Assembly (NCBI GenBank): GCA_965199825.1 | Contig: OZ241329.1 | Location: forward strand, 1,152,001-1,216,000 | Length of the DNA stretch: 64,000 nucleotides | DNA from: Bdellovibrionales bacterium | GTDB taxonomy: Bacteria > Bdellovibrionota > Bdellovibrionia > Bdellovibrionales > UBA1609 | Reading direction: 5' to 3' | Shown: positions 40,932 through 51,216 of the stretch, one piece after another | Layout: every line of letters starts with the position of its first letter | Numbering within the stretch: the first letter of the stretch is position 1 | Position numbers and translations under genes: made by a program | Notes under the pieces: model-generated | The model's database searches: none | The model's input: only the letters and a program-made list of their open reading frames with translations | What the model was told of the DNA's origin: nothing

Positions 40932-41827
40932 AAATGTTCATCCGATTTTTGCTCGCACTTATTCTTTTACCCATTTCGATTATTGGTCTGTGTGTGGTCG
41001 CAGTTGCACTCGTTGTCCTCATGGCGCCAGATGTGCGCACTCTCAAAGGATGCATGATTACAAACATGCATCATGTGGACTTGTGTCCAAAAAATAAAGA
41101 CTATGTGCCGCTCAAGAACATTTCACGAATTGCAATCGAGGCGGTGCTTGCTTCTGAAGACACCACTTTTTATCAGCATAATGGCTTTGATTGGTTTGAG
41201 ATAAAAAATAGCATTTCAAAAGACATGAACAAAAAGGGTTTTGCTCGAGGCGGCTCGACGATCACTCAGCAATTGGCAAAAAATGTGTTTTTAACCGGCG
41301 AGAAATCTTTGTTGCGCAAAGGGCGCGAAGCTTTTTTGACCTATGAACTCGAGAAAAATTTTAGCAAAGATGAGATTCTCGAAAAGTATTTTAATGTTGT
41401 CGAGCTCGGACCAAATATATTTGGGATTAAACCGGCTGCGGCCTATTATTTTAAAAAAGCACCGAGTGAACTCAATATCCTTGAGGCTACTTTTTTGGCT
41501 TTCTTGTTGCCCAATCCCAAGGGCTATCACAAATCGTTTCGCGACAAAAAACTCACTCCCTTTGCACGCTCTCGCATTGTCGAATTGAGCAGTCGATTAA
41601 TGCATTTTCATAAAACCACACCGGAGATGTATGAGCGTGTGCAAGAACTTGTCGATCGATTTCCTTGGAGCGGCATCACCACTGCCGAGCTTGAGCAAAA
41701 ACCTATTCATGAAGTGAGCGAAGCTCCGGTTGAGGCTGTTGCTCCCTCAACCGAAGAGCAATCAACTGATGAGACGATTCTCGAGGCGCCGCAGCCCCAG
41801 CTCAGTAAAAATCCAACCGATCCCTAG
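40928..41827 (+). CDS. mtgA: Monofunctional peptidoglycan transglycosylase (GT51)
   Basis: EDTTFYQHNG, GGSTITQQLAKN, RKGRE, KDEILEKYFN. Confidence 0.9.
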   Translation: MKMFIRFLLALILLPISIIGLCVVAVALVVLMAPDVRTLKGCMITNMHHVDLCPKNKDYVPLKNISRIAIEAVLASEDTTFYQHNGFDWFEIKNSISKDMNKKGFARGGSTITQQLAKNVFLTGEKSLLRKGREAFLTYELEKNFSKDEILEKYFNVVELGPNIFGIKPAAAYYFKKAPSELNILEATFLAFLLPNPKGYHKSFRDKKLTPFARSRIVELSSRLMHFHKTTPEMYERVQELVDRFPWSGITTAELEQKPIHEVSEAPVEAVAPSTEEQSTDETILEAPQPQLSKNPTDP

Positions 41828-42520
41828 TAAGACCAAAATATTTATTCCTAAAGTGATATTCCAGTCGTTACTCAAAATCAGACGAACCCCACTGACCGCA
41901 TGAGTGAGCGGCGAGATCCAAATTACTTTTTGAATCACCATGGGTAGAGTTGCGATCGGAAAGTAAGTCCCACTAAAAAAATAGATCGGCATCAGCACCC
42001 CGGTTTGGGTGTAGATAAACCAGTCGTAATTTTTTGCAAAAGTGGTGATCAACAAACCAAAGGCGGCAAAAATCCAGGCTGTGAGAAATGCTAAACACAA
42101 TGCCGGAAATATAGTCCAAGATCCAATGAGTCCCTGAGAAAAAGCGGCAACCGCCACACCAGTGGCACTCAATAAACCTTTGCTCGCCGCCCACCAAATT
42201 TCACCAAAGCCAATATCTCGCGGCATAATGGGCGTGAGCAAAATTGCGGTAAAGGTTTGTTGGTGGGTCAGTTTGGTGTAGCTGCTGTAAGTGGTTTCGT
42301 AAAACGAAACGAGCATACTTGTTGCCATCATCAATGCGGGAAAAAAGAATTCGGCATAAGACATTCCGTTAATCTCGCCGACGTATCCGCCAAGTCCATA
42401 CCCAATCGCATATAAAAAAAGTAAGGGCTCAACAACAACCCACAAAATCGAGACCCAAATGTTATAGCGAAAGTACAAAAAATTTCTGCGCCAGACGCTA
42501 AAAGTTCCACGGCGAAACAT
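41762..42520 (-). CDS. ABC-2 permease (NodJ-like)
   Basis: EPLLFL, FSGTYFP, SPLTHAV. Confidence 0.85.
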   Translation of the reverse strand: MFRRGTFSVWRRNFLYFRYNIWVSILWVVVEPLLFLYAIGYGLGGYVGEINGMSYAEFFFPALMMATSMLVSFYETTYSSYTKLTHQQTFTAILLTPIMPRDIGFGEIWWAASKGLLSATGVAVAAFSQGLIGSWTIFPALCLAFLTAWIFAAFGLLITTFAKNYDWFIYTQTGVLMPIYFFSGTYFPIATLPMVIQKVIWISPLTHAVSGVRLILSNDWNITLGINILVLLGIGWIFTELGLRRLENRLIS

Positions 42521-42521
42521 T

Positions 42522-43451
42522 TTAAGTTCCTTCTCGTAATTCGTAACCGGCGAGTTTTAAAAACACATCATCCATATTGGATTTACGCACCAAAATATCT
42601 TCACTCGAAATCAGCTTTAAAGCTTCTTTGCCTTCGCGTCCCTCGGGCACAAACAGGCGCACCCGATTATTGAGAATCTGATATTCATAATGGGTTTTGA
42701 TTTTGTTCACATGATAATCCAGATCGGAAGCCGCAATCCGAAATTCCACAACCTCGTGGCCCACATGAGCACGAATCAGATCTTTTGGTTTGCCCGCACA
42801 AAGAATTTTTCCTTTATCGAGGATGACCAAGCGATCACAAATGCGTTCGGCCTCTTCCATGTAGTGAGTGGTCAGCACTAAAGTTTTACCATTTGATTTC
42901 ATTTGATGAAGTGCTTCCCAAATCCAAAATCGGGCCTGCGGATCAAGGCCAGTCGTAGGCTCATCGAGAAATAAAATTTCGGGCTCGCTCATTAAGGACC
43001 GCGCAATTGCAAGACGGCGCTTCATTCCACCACTTAATGTATTGACCGAGCGATCTTCAAAATCCTCAAGCCGCAAAAACCGTAGGAGCTCACGCGCGCG
43101 CGCCAAAGCCTTGGTCGGTTTGATTCCAAAGTAATGAGAATAAATCAGAAGATTATCCAAAACACTAAAGTCGGTATCAAGCCCATCTTCTTGAGGCACC
43201 ACACCAATGCGGGTTTTGATCTGCTCAATATTCGTTTGGACATTTTGGCCAAGGATAAAGAGTTGACCCGCAGTCACGCGAGAAAGCCCATACATCATCT
43301 TTAATGTTGAACTTTTACCTGCGCCGTTTGGACCAAGAATTCCAAAGCATTCGCCCCGCTCGATTTCGAGCTCGATGCCATCGACTACCGATTCTTGGTC
43401 ATATTTTTTGACCAAGCTCCGACATTCGATGACCACATCTCGTTTTGTCAT
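42522..43451 (-). CDS. ABC ATPase (NodI-like)
   Basis: GPNGAGKS, LSGGMKRRL, LDEPTTGLDPQAR. Confidence 0.9.
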   Translation of the reverse strand: MTKRDVVIECRSLVKKYDQESVVDGIELEIERGECFGILGPNGAGKSSTLKMMYGLSRVTAGQLFILGQNVQTNIEQIKTRIGVVPQEDGLDTDFSVLDNLLIYSHYFGIKPTKALARARELLRFLRLEDFEDRSVNTLSGGMKRRLAIARSLMSEPEILFLDEPTTGLDPQARFWIWEALHQMKSNGKTLVLTTHYMEEAERICDRLVILDKGKILCAGKPKDLIRAHVGHEVVEFRIAASDLDYHVNKIKTHYEYQILNNRVRLFVPEGREGKEALKLISSEDILVRKSNMDDVFLKLAGYELREGT

Positions 43452-43486
43452 ACTTGAATTGAGCTCTGAAAAGGCTCAAAGGTCAA

Positions 43487-44764
43487 TCAGCTGATTGACG
43501 CTTTTTCGATTAGGAAATTTGCCACTTTTTCTTCAGTCAGCTGAAAATTGAGTCGCGATGCCATCTCTTTTTTCTGATAAAATTCGGCAATGCGAGCGCG
43601 CTCGATCCCTGTGCTTTCGGCGTGCTGGGTAATCCGAGCTTCAAATTCTTCAGAGGTTGCACGAAGATTTTTTTGGTCTGCGAGAGCATCCACCAAAAAG
43701 GTGCACTGGACCATAAACTTAGCTGAGTCGGTAAAATCATTGGACCATTTGGTTTTGTAATCTTCAAATTCGGCCTCAGAGTATTGGCCTTCTTGCTTCA
43801 TTCGATCTTGCACATCTTTTTGGAGAGTCTCGATTTGTTGTTGTAACAACGAAGCAGGAACCGCAACTGGATTGGCATCGACAAATGCGCGCATCACTTT
43901 GTTTTTAACATCCTCTTGAATCCGGCGTTCTTCACCCGCAACAAGATCGGCTTTAATTTCTGCACGCAGCTCGTCCATATTGGCTTTGCCATTTTTCTTT
44001 GCGAACTCTTCATTAATTTCGGGGAAACGTTTGGTTTTGAGTTGTTTCAATTTCATCTGAAATTGAGCGGGCTTTCCGGCCACATCGGCTGCGTGATAAT
44101 CATCTGGAAATTTGACCGAAATGTCGCGTGAGTCGCCAACCTTCATGCCGATAATTCCATCTTCAAATCCAGGAATTGATCGCCCGCTGCCGAGCTCCAG
44201 TGGATAATCCTGGGCTTCGCCCTGTTCCATCGGCGCACCATCAATAAATCCTTTGAAGTCGACAATGACCACATCGCCAGTTTGGGCGCCGCGGTCTTCA
44301 AATACGGTGACCTCCTCGGCTTGTCGCTCTTGCAAATTTTTAAGCAAGCTCTCAATACTCTCATTGGTGATTTCGTATTTTTCTTTTTCGACTTTGAGGC
44401 CTTCAACTTTTTTGATTTGAATCTCGGGTCGAATCTCGAGTTCAGCGGTGTAACTAAAATCACTTTCTTCGCTAAAAGGAGCAAGATCCACTTTTGGAAA
44501 TCCAATAGGCTCAAGTTGGTGCTCTTCAAGCGCCTTTTGATAAGAATCAGAAACCAAATCTTGAATAACATCTTGCTCAACTCTGTCGCGGTAAAGAGAG
44601 CGGATGGTTGTCATCGGCGCTTTACCTGGGCGAAAGCCCTTTATCGTGGCATTCCGTTGAATTCCCCGATAGACTTTGTCGAATGCAGTACGTACATCTT
44701 CGGCGGGAACTTGAATCGAGAGTTTACGTGATAAACCGTCGAGCGTATCGAGTGTGGATTTCAT
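43487..44764 (-). CDS. tig: Trigger factor
   Basis: GFRPGKAP signature; FKBP-like domain. Confidence 0.95.
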   Translation of the reverse strand: MKSTLDTLDGLSRKLSIQVPAEDVRTAFDKVYRGIQRNATIKGFRPGKAPMTTIRSLYRDRVEQDVIQDLVSDSYQKALEEHQLEPIGFPKVDLAPFSEESDFSYTAELEIRPEIQIKKVEGLKVEKEKYEITNESIESLLKNLQERQAEEVTVFEDRGAQTGDVVIVDFKGFIDGAPMEQGEAQDYPLELGSGRSIPGFEDGIIGMKVGDSRDISVKFPDDYHAADVAGKPAQFQMKLKQLKTKRFPEINEEFAKKNGKANMDELRAEIKADLVAGEERRIQEDVKNKVMRAFVDANPVAVPASLLQQQIETLQKDVQDRMKQEGQYSEAEFEDYKTKWSNDFTDSAKFMVQCTFLVDALADQKNLRATSEEFEARITQHAESTGIERARIAEFYQKKEMASRLNFQLTEEKVANFLIEKASIS

Positions 44765-44809
44765 AAAAGTCTACATATTCAATGCGTGTTTCAAAGGCAA
44801 GGAAATGAT

Positions 44810-45628
44810 GTGAAGCTTCTCTTCGTCACAGGTAAGGGCGGCGTCGGCAAATCCACTCTCGCAGCCGCTCTCGCACTCAAAAACGCCAAGAGCGGAAACA
44901 AGACCCTGCTGGTAGAGCTTGGGGATCAATCCTATTTTGAAAATTGGCTTTCGATCCCCATTGGGCATGATCCGACATCGCACATTCATCCCAACCTTTT
45001 TTTTAGTCGTTGGGAGGCCTCAGCCTGCCTCAAGGAATACCTGACCCATTATCTCAAGGTCGAGACCTTGGTGAATCTCTTTTTCCAAAACAAAGTGATG
45101 AAAACTTTGCTGCAAGCCGCACCGGCACTCAAAGAAATTTCGCTACTCGGAAAAATCACCAGCGGCATTCGCAAAATTGGACCCCCGTTAGTGTATGACT
45201 GCGTGGTGATCGACTGTTTTTCGACCGGTCATTTTAAGGCCTTGATACAAGCTCCAAAAGGATTGAGCGAAGCTGTTAAATTTGGCCCCATGGGCGAGCA
45301 ATGCCGATCGATTCTTAATGTGATAAAAGATAAAACCATTTGCTCCTATCATCTGGTTTGTTTGCCCGAAGAGTTGCCGGTGATTGAAACAAAGGAACTT
45401 GAGCAATTTTTAAAATCCGAATTGGGTGTTGAGCCCTTGCAAATATTAAATCGGATGTGGCCAATCCCACCTGTTCTTATTGAAGGCACTCCTTATTTTG
45501 AATTTCTAAAAGCCCGCCAACAATCACAAAAAGACAGTGCTAAAGAATTACCTCGAGCACTCAAAGCTCCCCTGGTTTTTGAAAGTTCACCACATGAAAT
45601 CCTAAATCAACTGAGCGAGAAAATATGA
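44810..45628 (+). CDS. ArsA/Get3-family ATPase (1)
   Basis: VTGKGGVGKST, DCFSTGH, PEELPV. Confidence 0.85.
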   Translation: MKLLFVTGKGGVGKSTLAAALALKNAKSGNKTLLVELGDQSYFENWLSIPIGHDPTSHIHPNLFFSRWEASACLKEYLTHYLKVETLVNLFFQNKVMKTLLQAAPALKEISLLGKITSGIRKIGPPLVYDCVVIDCFSTGHFKALIQAPKGLSEAVKFGPMGEQCRSILNVIKDKTICSYHLVCLPEELPVIETKELEQFLKSELGVEPLQILNRMWPIPPVLIEGTPYFEFLKARQQSQKDSAKELPRALKAPLVFESSPHEILNQLSEKI

Positions 45629-46650
45629 AGATCATCATTTGTGCGGGAACAGGCGGAGTTGGAAAAACCACCGTGTCGGCAAGTCTTGGACTTTGTTTTG
45701 CTCATCAAGGCAAAAAAGTTTTGGTCCTCACGCTGGATCCAGCACGGCGTTTGATTTCGGCCTTGGGGCTTGATTCGTCAGACGAAGAAATTCGTGTGGA
45801 CCTCAAAACAAAAGGCGAGCTGTGGGCATCGATGATCGACCCGGCAAAAATTTTTGATCGCTTTATTCACCGAGTTTCGACTTCGGAAACTCAGGCTCAA
45901 AAACTGTTAAAAAATCCACTTTATTTTCAGCTGAGCCGTTCGCTCAATGGATCGCAGGAGTTCACTAGCCTTGAGCGACTTTTGGAGGCCTGGGAAAGCA
46001 AAAAATATAATTTGATCATTCTCGACACTCCACCCTCACAGCATGCGGTGGATTTTTTAAAAGCGCCTGAACAAATTTTTTCGCTCTTTCAAGATTCGAT
46101 TACGAAATGGTTTATCCAAAAAAATGGTGGCCTTCTCAACTCAATTTTTCATCGTGGTACTCAAGCGGTATTGAGTGCCTTAGAGCGGATCACTGGATCG
46201 CAATTTGTTGGCGAGCTTTCCGACTTTTTTGCGAGCATGAGTGATATGCAGCAAGTTGTGGCCAGTCGAAGTATTCGTGTGCATCAACTTTTAACCCAAG
46301 CCGAAACATCATTTTTACTTGTAACCGGATATGACGAAGCCAAACTGCGCGAGGCCCAAATGTTTGCCAAAGAGATTCGTCGTGGTGGCTACAAGCTCGG
46401 GGGTGTGGTTATCAATCGCTCATTTCCTGAAGAGCAAAAGAGCAGTGGCTTGCCAAAAGAAAATAAAGAGTTTTACCAAAATGTAAAAAACTATTTTGCT
46501 CACAAAATTAAGCTCTGCGATGACTTCGCACGCGAACTTAAATTACCGGTGACCCGATTGCCTGATTTTACTAAATCAATTCAAGGTCTCGATGGCATCA
46601 AGATGATCGCTGAAGAGCTGAAGAGTTCAAATATTATGGAGAAACTATGA
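45625..46650 (+). CDS. ArsA/Get3-family ATPase (2)
   Basis: GTGGVGKTT, DPARRL, DTPPS. Confidence 0.88.
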   Translation: MKIIICAGTGGVGKTTVSASLGLCFAHQGKKVLVLTLDPARRLISALGLDSSDEEIRVDLKTKGELWASMIDPAKIFDRFIHRVSTSETQAQKLLKNPLYFQLSRSLNGSQEFTSLERLLEAWESKKYNLIILDTPPSQHAVDFLKAPEQIFSLFQDSITKWFIQKNGGLLNSIFHRGTQAVLSALERITGSQFVGELSDFFASMSDMQQVVASRSIRVHQLLTQAETSFLLVTGYDEAKLREAQMFAKEIRRGGYKLGGVVINRSFPEEQKSSGLPKENKEFYQNVKNYFAHKIKLCDDFARELKLPVTRLPDFTKSIQGLDGIKMIAEELKSSNIMEKL

Positions 46651-47699
46651 GAATTTATTTATGTGCAGTTTTAATCTTAAGCTTGGGCTGTGCCTCATCG
46701 AAAAAAAGAGAATCGACTGCGACCCCCGCGCCAGATTCAAGAGTGATGGTGGAATTTGAAAAGGGGCTAAAATATCTTGAAGAAGAAAAATACGAGATGG
46801 CGGCTCGCACTCTTGATCAGCTGCTCGTCGATAAACCGGCCTCTGAATTTGACTTGGTCGTTTCATTTAATGCCGCCGCTGCACGCGAAGGGATGAAAGA
46901 TTGCAAAGGTGCAGCTGAGCGCTATCGCCGAATTTTTAATGTGGCAAAAACAAAGTTTGAACCGATCGCCAATCAAGCCCTTTATCGCCTGAGTTATGCT
47001 TACGAGTGTTTAGGTGCCGACGCCAAGGTGATCAGCAGCCTGCTTGATCTTAGAAAAAAAACCAATGGCATTGCCGAAGATATTAGTCTTGCAGAAATTC
47101 CTGCGCGCCTTGCCGCAGCCTACGCCAGAGTCGAAAATCGCGACCTCTCACTGCAGTACTATGATCTCGCAAATCAAGGACTCAATCAATTGCGAGTCAA
47201 TTTTCGCTCACGTGCAAAATATGATGATGTGATGGCGCGCACTCTTTTTTATATGGGACGTCTGACCCTTCCTGATGAAAGAGCAAAAGTAAAACCAAAA
47301 GCCTATCTTGAAAACGTAAGGGCGTTGCAACCTTATCTTGTTCAAGCGGTAATTATGGATGTTCCAACTTGGTCGCAAAAGTCTTATCAACAATTGAGCA
47401 ATGCCTACGCTCGCCTCTGGGATTACGTTGAGCAAGTCAAGAGCAGCGAAACCAAAGATGTTTTGCTCAAAGAAGTAGAAGATCGCAATGCACGACTTGC
47501 AATTGCACGTGAGGCGATGATTTCATTGGGCACCTTGCGCAAAATGGTAACCACCGTGCCGATAAAACCGCAAAGTGTTCCGGGCGAAATGCTGCAGTTT
47601 ATCGATGGACAAGATAAGCGCTTTCAAAGCTTATTAAGTGCAAATGCGGTAACCACATTGCCCTCGCTCGAGTCGCAAAAAAGACATCAGGTGAAGTGA
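46647..47699 (+). CDS. TPR-like lipoprotein
   Basis: LSLGC lipobox; helical repeats. Confidence 0.6.
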   Translation: MRIYLCAVLILSLGCASSKKRESTATPAPDSRVMVEFEKGLKYLEEEKYEMAARTLDQLLVDKPASEFDLVVSFNAAAAREGMKDCKGAAERYRRIFNVAKTKFEPIANQALYRLSYAYECLGADAKVISSLLDLRKKTNGIAEDISLAEIPARLAAAYARVENRDLSLQYYDLANQGLNQLRVNFRSRAKYDDVMARTLFYMGRLTLPDERAKVKPKAYLENVRALQPYLVQAVIMDVPTWSQKSYQQLSNAYARLWDYVEQVKSSETKDVLLKEVEDRNARLAIAREAMISLGTLRKMVTTVPIKPQSVPGEMLQFIDGQDKRFQSLLSANAVTTLPSLESQKRHQVK

Positions 47700-48928
47700 T
47701 GGACCAATCGCAAATTCATCATAAAATTGTTCATCGTTTGGATGTGATTACAAATTGGTTTCAGCAGCAACAAAAAGGTTTAAAATTTCCGTTTTACTCC
47801 AGCTTTGATTTGCGAGATTCGGGTTTTAAAGTTGTTCCTGTTGATGCAAATATTTTTCCTGCAGGATTTAACAATATTTGTCGGGCCGATCGTGATTCGA
47901 GTGTGGAGTTGGTCAGAGAATACTTGGCTCGCCATTACCCAGAAAAATCACAAAAAATTGTGCTGTTAACTGAGGAGCACACCAACAATCCTTATTACTG
48001 GGACAATGTGAGCACCATAAAATTTCTGCTTGAAAAAGCAGGGCGCACGGTGCGACTTGCGATTCCGCGCGAACTTTCGACACCTCTAAGTTTAAAGAGT
48101 GCATCGGGACAAATGGTCGATGTTTTTTCGGCCCGTCGCGAGGGCGAATCGATCACGGTTGACGGCATGACTCCAGATTTAATTATTAGTAACAACGATT
48201 TTTCAGAAAGTTATTCCGAATGGGCCGAAAATTTAAAAACGCCCATCAACCCACCCCATGATTTGGGCTGGCATCGAAGACGCAAAGATCATTTTTTTAA
48301 AATATACAACCAATTGGCCATCGAGTTTGCTCGATTGATTGAGGTTGATCCCTTTTATTTTCATGTCGAAACCACAGTCTTCGAAAACTTTGGTGAGGAG
48401 CGCAGGCAAGAACTTGCACAAGATGTGGATCTTTTTTTAACCAATTTAAAAGATCAATATGCTGCACAAAATATTTCAAATGAGCCATTTGCCTTTATAA
48501 AAAACAATGCGGGCACCTATGGGCTCGGAGTCACTCAAGTGCATTCCTCAAAAGAAGTTTTAGAATGGAATTACAAAGCTCGCAAAAAAATGAAAGCGGC
48601 CAAAGGTGGACGCGGAGTCGATGAGGTCATCATTCAAGAGGGCGTCCCTACGATTGTCACCGCCTCTGGTGCAACCGCAGAGCCTGCGATTTATATGTTG
48701 GGATGTCAGCTTGCCGGAGGATTTTTGCGAACTCACAATCAAAAAAATAACGAAGAGAGTTTAAACAGTCCGGGAGCGATTTATCAAAAGCTTTGCATCT
48801 CGGATCTCAATGTCAGCGTGGAGGGTCATCCAATGGAAAATGTTTATGGGTGGGTGGCGCGCTTGAGTTGCCTCAGCATTGCGCGCGAAGCTAAGGAGTA
48901 TGGCGTTCAATTTCCGGGGTATAACTAA
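47696..48928 (+). CDS. gshA: Glutamate-cysteine ligase, ATP-grasp-like GshA type
   Basis: FYSSFDLRDSGFKVVPVDANIFPAGFNN, EEHTNNPYY, GTYGLG, IQEGV, LNSPG. Confidence 0.85.
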   Translation: MMDQSQIHHKIVHRLDVITNWFQQQQKGLKFPFYSSFDLRDSGFKVVPVDANIFPAGFNNICRADRDSSVELVREYLARHYPEKSQKIVLLTEEHTNNPYYWDNVSTIKFLLEKAGRTVRLAIPRELSTPLSLKSASGQMVDVFSARREGESITVDGMTPDLIISNNDFSESYSEWAENLKTPINPPHDLGWHRRRKDHFFKIYNQLAIEFARLIEVDPFYFHVETTVFENFGEERRQELAQDVDLFLTNLKDQYAAQNISNEPFAFIKNNAGTYGLGVTQVHSSKEVLEWNYKARKKMKAAKGGRGVDEVIIQEGVPTIVTASGATAEPAIYMLGCQLAGGFLRTHNQKNNEESLNSPGAIYQKLCISDLNVSVEGHPMENVYGWVARLSCLSIAREAKEYGVQFPGYN

Positions 48929-48931
48929 TTT

Positions 48932-49567
48932 ATGAAAGCTGCGGTCTTTTCAATTTGTTTATGTTTTGGAATTTTGTGTTCGTTTTTATCCTGGAATAGC
49001 ATGGTCTACATCTATGTTGGTGATTCGCGAACTCCGGCTGCAGTCCCGCAGCATCTGGATTTATCCAATCTCCAAGGCACTTCGCTCACTCTTGCTTCGC
49101 GCGATCGATTATTTAGTCATGCTCGTTTGATAAAAGAAAACGAAGTCACTGGCATTGAGCTCGGAAATTTTTTGGTCAAATCCGACACGGGCGAAAAAAA
49201 CTTTGCTTGTCACACCTATCAGCGCATTCAACTCAAGTATCAAGCGGTGGGTGAAGCTGTGAGCGGCGAAATCCCTGAGATGTCGATTGAAGGTCCGTGT
49301 TTGATGTCTGACAACGTCAACACGCTTAAGCCCTTATGGATTCCGCAATCTCGATTGATTGCAACTCATCCACATGATTACGCCATCGATTATGAAGAGC
49401 ATGGTGTGCAAATGAATTTTCAATTTAAAAATATGGGAAATTCGTGGCCGGAGCAGTGGGTATTGTTAGGGGCTCGGTTATATGATCCCGATCAACAGGG
49501 ATCAGAATTAGCAATCAATGCACAGGGTGTGCGGCTTCCCCTCAACTGGTCAGCGAATCGAAAGTAA
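48932..49567 (+). CDS. Hypothetical membrane-anchored protein
   Basis: N-terminal TM; co-oriented with gshA. Confidence 0.55.
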   Translation: MKAAVFSICLCFGILCSFLSWNSMVYIYVGDSRTPAAVPQHLDLSNLQGTSLTLASRDRLFSHARLIKENEVTGIELGNFLVKSDTGEKNFACHTYQRIQLKYQAVGEAVSGEIPEMSIEGPCLMSDNVNTLKPLWIPQSRLIATHPHDYAIDYEEHGVQMNFQFKNMGNSWPEQWVLLGARLYDPDQQGSELAINAQGVRLPLNWSANRK

Positions 49568-50317
49568 ATTTAAAAAAGTCGACATTGATCGATTGCTGCT
49601 GTTTGCAAGATTCGCAATCAACGCATGATCCACACCGCGCTCTTTTAAAAGATACCAATAAAATCCACCTTCAATAAATTGCTCAAAGGTCAAAGCCGAG
49701 AGTTGAATCCCATCATCGGTACTCGAGGCAGCGGCGGCATAGCTCAGCGCCATCAACACACCCGATTTCCAATTTTTGATATTCTTTTCGGGGATCATAT
49801 TAAAAACGAGGGTGATCAAGGGTTCAATTAGCATGATCTGCAGATGAGTGCTGTAAGGCTGTGCTTTGATATCCAGCATTCGCATATTGAGCTCGGCCGG
49901 GCTTAAACCCTGTCCAAATAAAAGATCAATTGCAGTCTCACCAATCAAGACCATTTGGGCTTGCATAACTGTTTTGGTGTACGAAGGTTCATCCTTATTC
50001 AGATCAGTAGTTGTGACCAAATATTTTTTGATGTGATCAAAGATGCGCGCGCCCACAAGATTCACCGCCACACCAGGAATGTTGGCGGGATAAGTCGAAA
50101 GGGCCTTTGTGAGAGCGTTGCGTGTTTGTGGATCCACCGAAAGCGTGCCGTTCGAAAAATTAACTTTTCCATTGTCAGTGATTGCCCCCATCCCAAGCGC
50201 AAATACGCCAGACCCAGCAAGCAAACTTAAGCACATCGAACGCCGCGAAATTGTTTTAGGCGCTTCAGCCGCAAAGGATTGGGTGGATAGCAATAAGATG
50301 AGAGCGAACTTAAACAT
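49550..50317 (-). CDS. Exported/membrane protein with degenerate CPBP (CAAX/Abi)-like C-terminus
   Basis: Probable ATG 50317 (MFKFALILLLSTQSFA signal); C-terminal GGFYWYLLKERGVDHALIANLAN; the longer track ORF reads through the repeat. Confidence 0.5.
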   Translation of the reverse strand: MFKFALILLLSTQSFAAEAPKTISRRSMCLSLLAGSGVFALGMGAITDNGKVNFSNGTLSVDPQTRNALTKALSTYPANIPGVAVNLVGARIFDHIKKYLVTTTDLNKDEPSYTKTVMQAQMVLIGETAIDLLFGQGLSPAELNMRMLDIKAQPYSTHLQIMLIEPLITLVFNMIPEKNIKNWKSGVLMALSYAAAASSTDDGIQLSALTFEQFIEGGFYWYLLKERGVDHALIANLANSSNRSMSTFLNLLSIR

Positions 50318-50448
50318 ATCCTGGGTGTAGCGATCAGCATGCCGAGTGGGCTGCCGTAAGGCTGCCTCTGGCCTGGTATTGCTGATAAAATTTGCTTTGG
50401 TGTGCCGCAAATTGGCTTTTTTGGGTTGTTGCTGAGAGACGGCCGGTT

Positions 50449-50929
50449 TGTCGTGCCCGCTCAAGGTGTCGTGCCCGCTCATGTTGTCGTGCCCGCTCAT
50501 GTTGTCGTGCCCGCTCATGTTGTCGTGCCCGCTCAAAGTGTCGTGCCCGCTCAAAGTGTCGTGCCCACTCAAAGTGTCGTGCCCGCTCAAGGTGTCGTGC
50601 CCACTCAAAGTGTCGTGCCCGCTCAAGGTGTCGTGCCCGCTCAAAGTGTCGTGCCCACTCAAAGTGTCGTGCCCGCTCAAAGTGTCGTGCCCGCTCAAAG
50701 TGTCGTGCCCGCTCAAAGTGTCGTGCCCACTCAAAGTGTCGTGCCCGCTCAAAGTGTCGTGCCCGCTCAAAGTGTCGTGCCCGCTCAAAGTGTCGTGCCC
50801 GCTCAAAGTGTCGTGCCCGCTCAAAGTGTCGTGCCCGCTCAAAGTGTCGTGCCCGCTCAAAGTGTCGTGCCCGCTCAAAGTGTCGTGCCCGCTCAAAGTG
50901 TCGTGCCCGCTCAAAGTGTCGTACCCGCT
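50449..50929 (-). repeat. 18-bp tandem repeat, 26 full units + 1 degenerate; unit GAGCGGGCACGACACTTT on minus strand
   Basis: TGTCGTGCCCGCTCAAAG every 18 bp from 50449 to 50917. Confidence 0.97.
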
Positions 50930-51216
50930 GACTCCAGATAAAATCCTGAACCAAAACTAAACACCTCCGGAGTTTGCAAAAATACTCAAGAATCACTTTC
51001 AGTAAGACGTGCGAAGTGCGTGTCACCACAAATTCTTTAAATTAATATTGACGCGTTTTTGCAGCTTCGGGAGCAGGACTTATTTGGTCACTATTGAATC
51101 AGGGGTCTTCAAAGCTCAATCTGCGGATATAACCTGGTCCAAATCAAAATAACCCACCGTAATTTTCAAAATAAAAATCACACGTGCTCGTTCAAAAAAT
51201 CAAAATAAATAACCCA

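Noticed and set aside
41762..41827. 66-nt convergent overlap between mtgA and the ABC permease
   Set aside because: It involves the low-complexity mtgA tail; short convergent overlaps are common in compact genomes.
50334..51029. Repeat-peptide ORFs (ERARHF)n, (CRARSK)n, (VVPAQS)n and (SCPLKV)n
   Set aside because: They are expected by-products of a stop-poor 18-bp repeat, with no convincing RBS or non-repeat domain.
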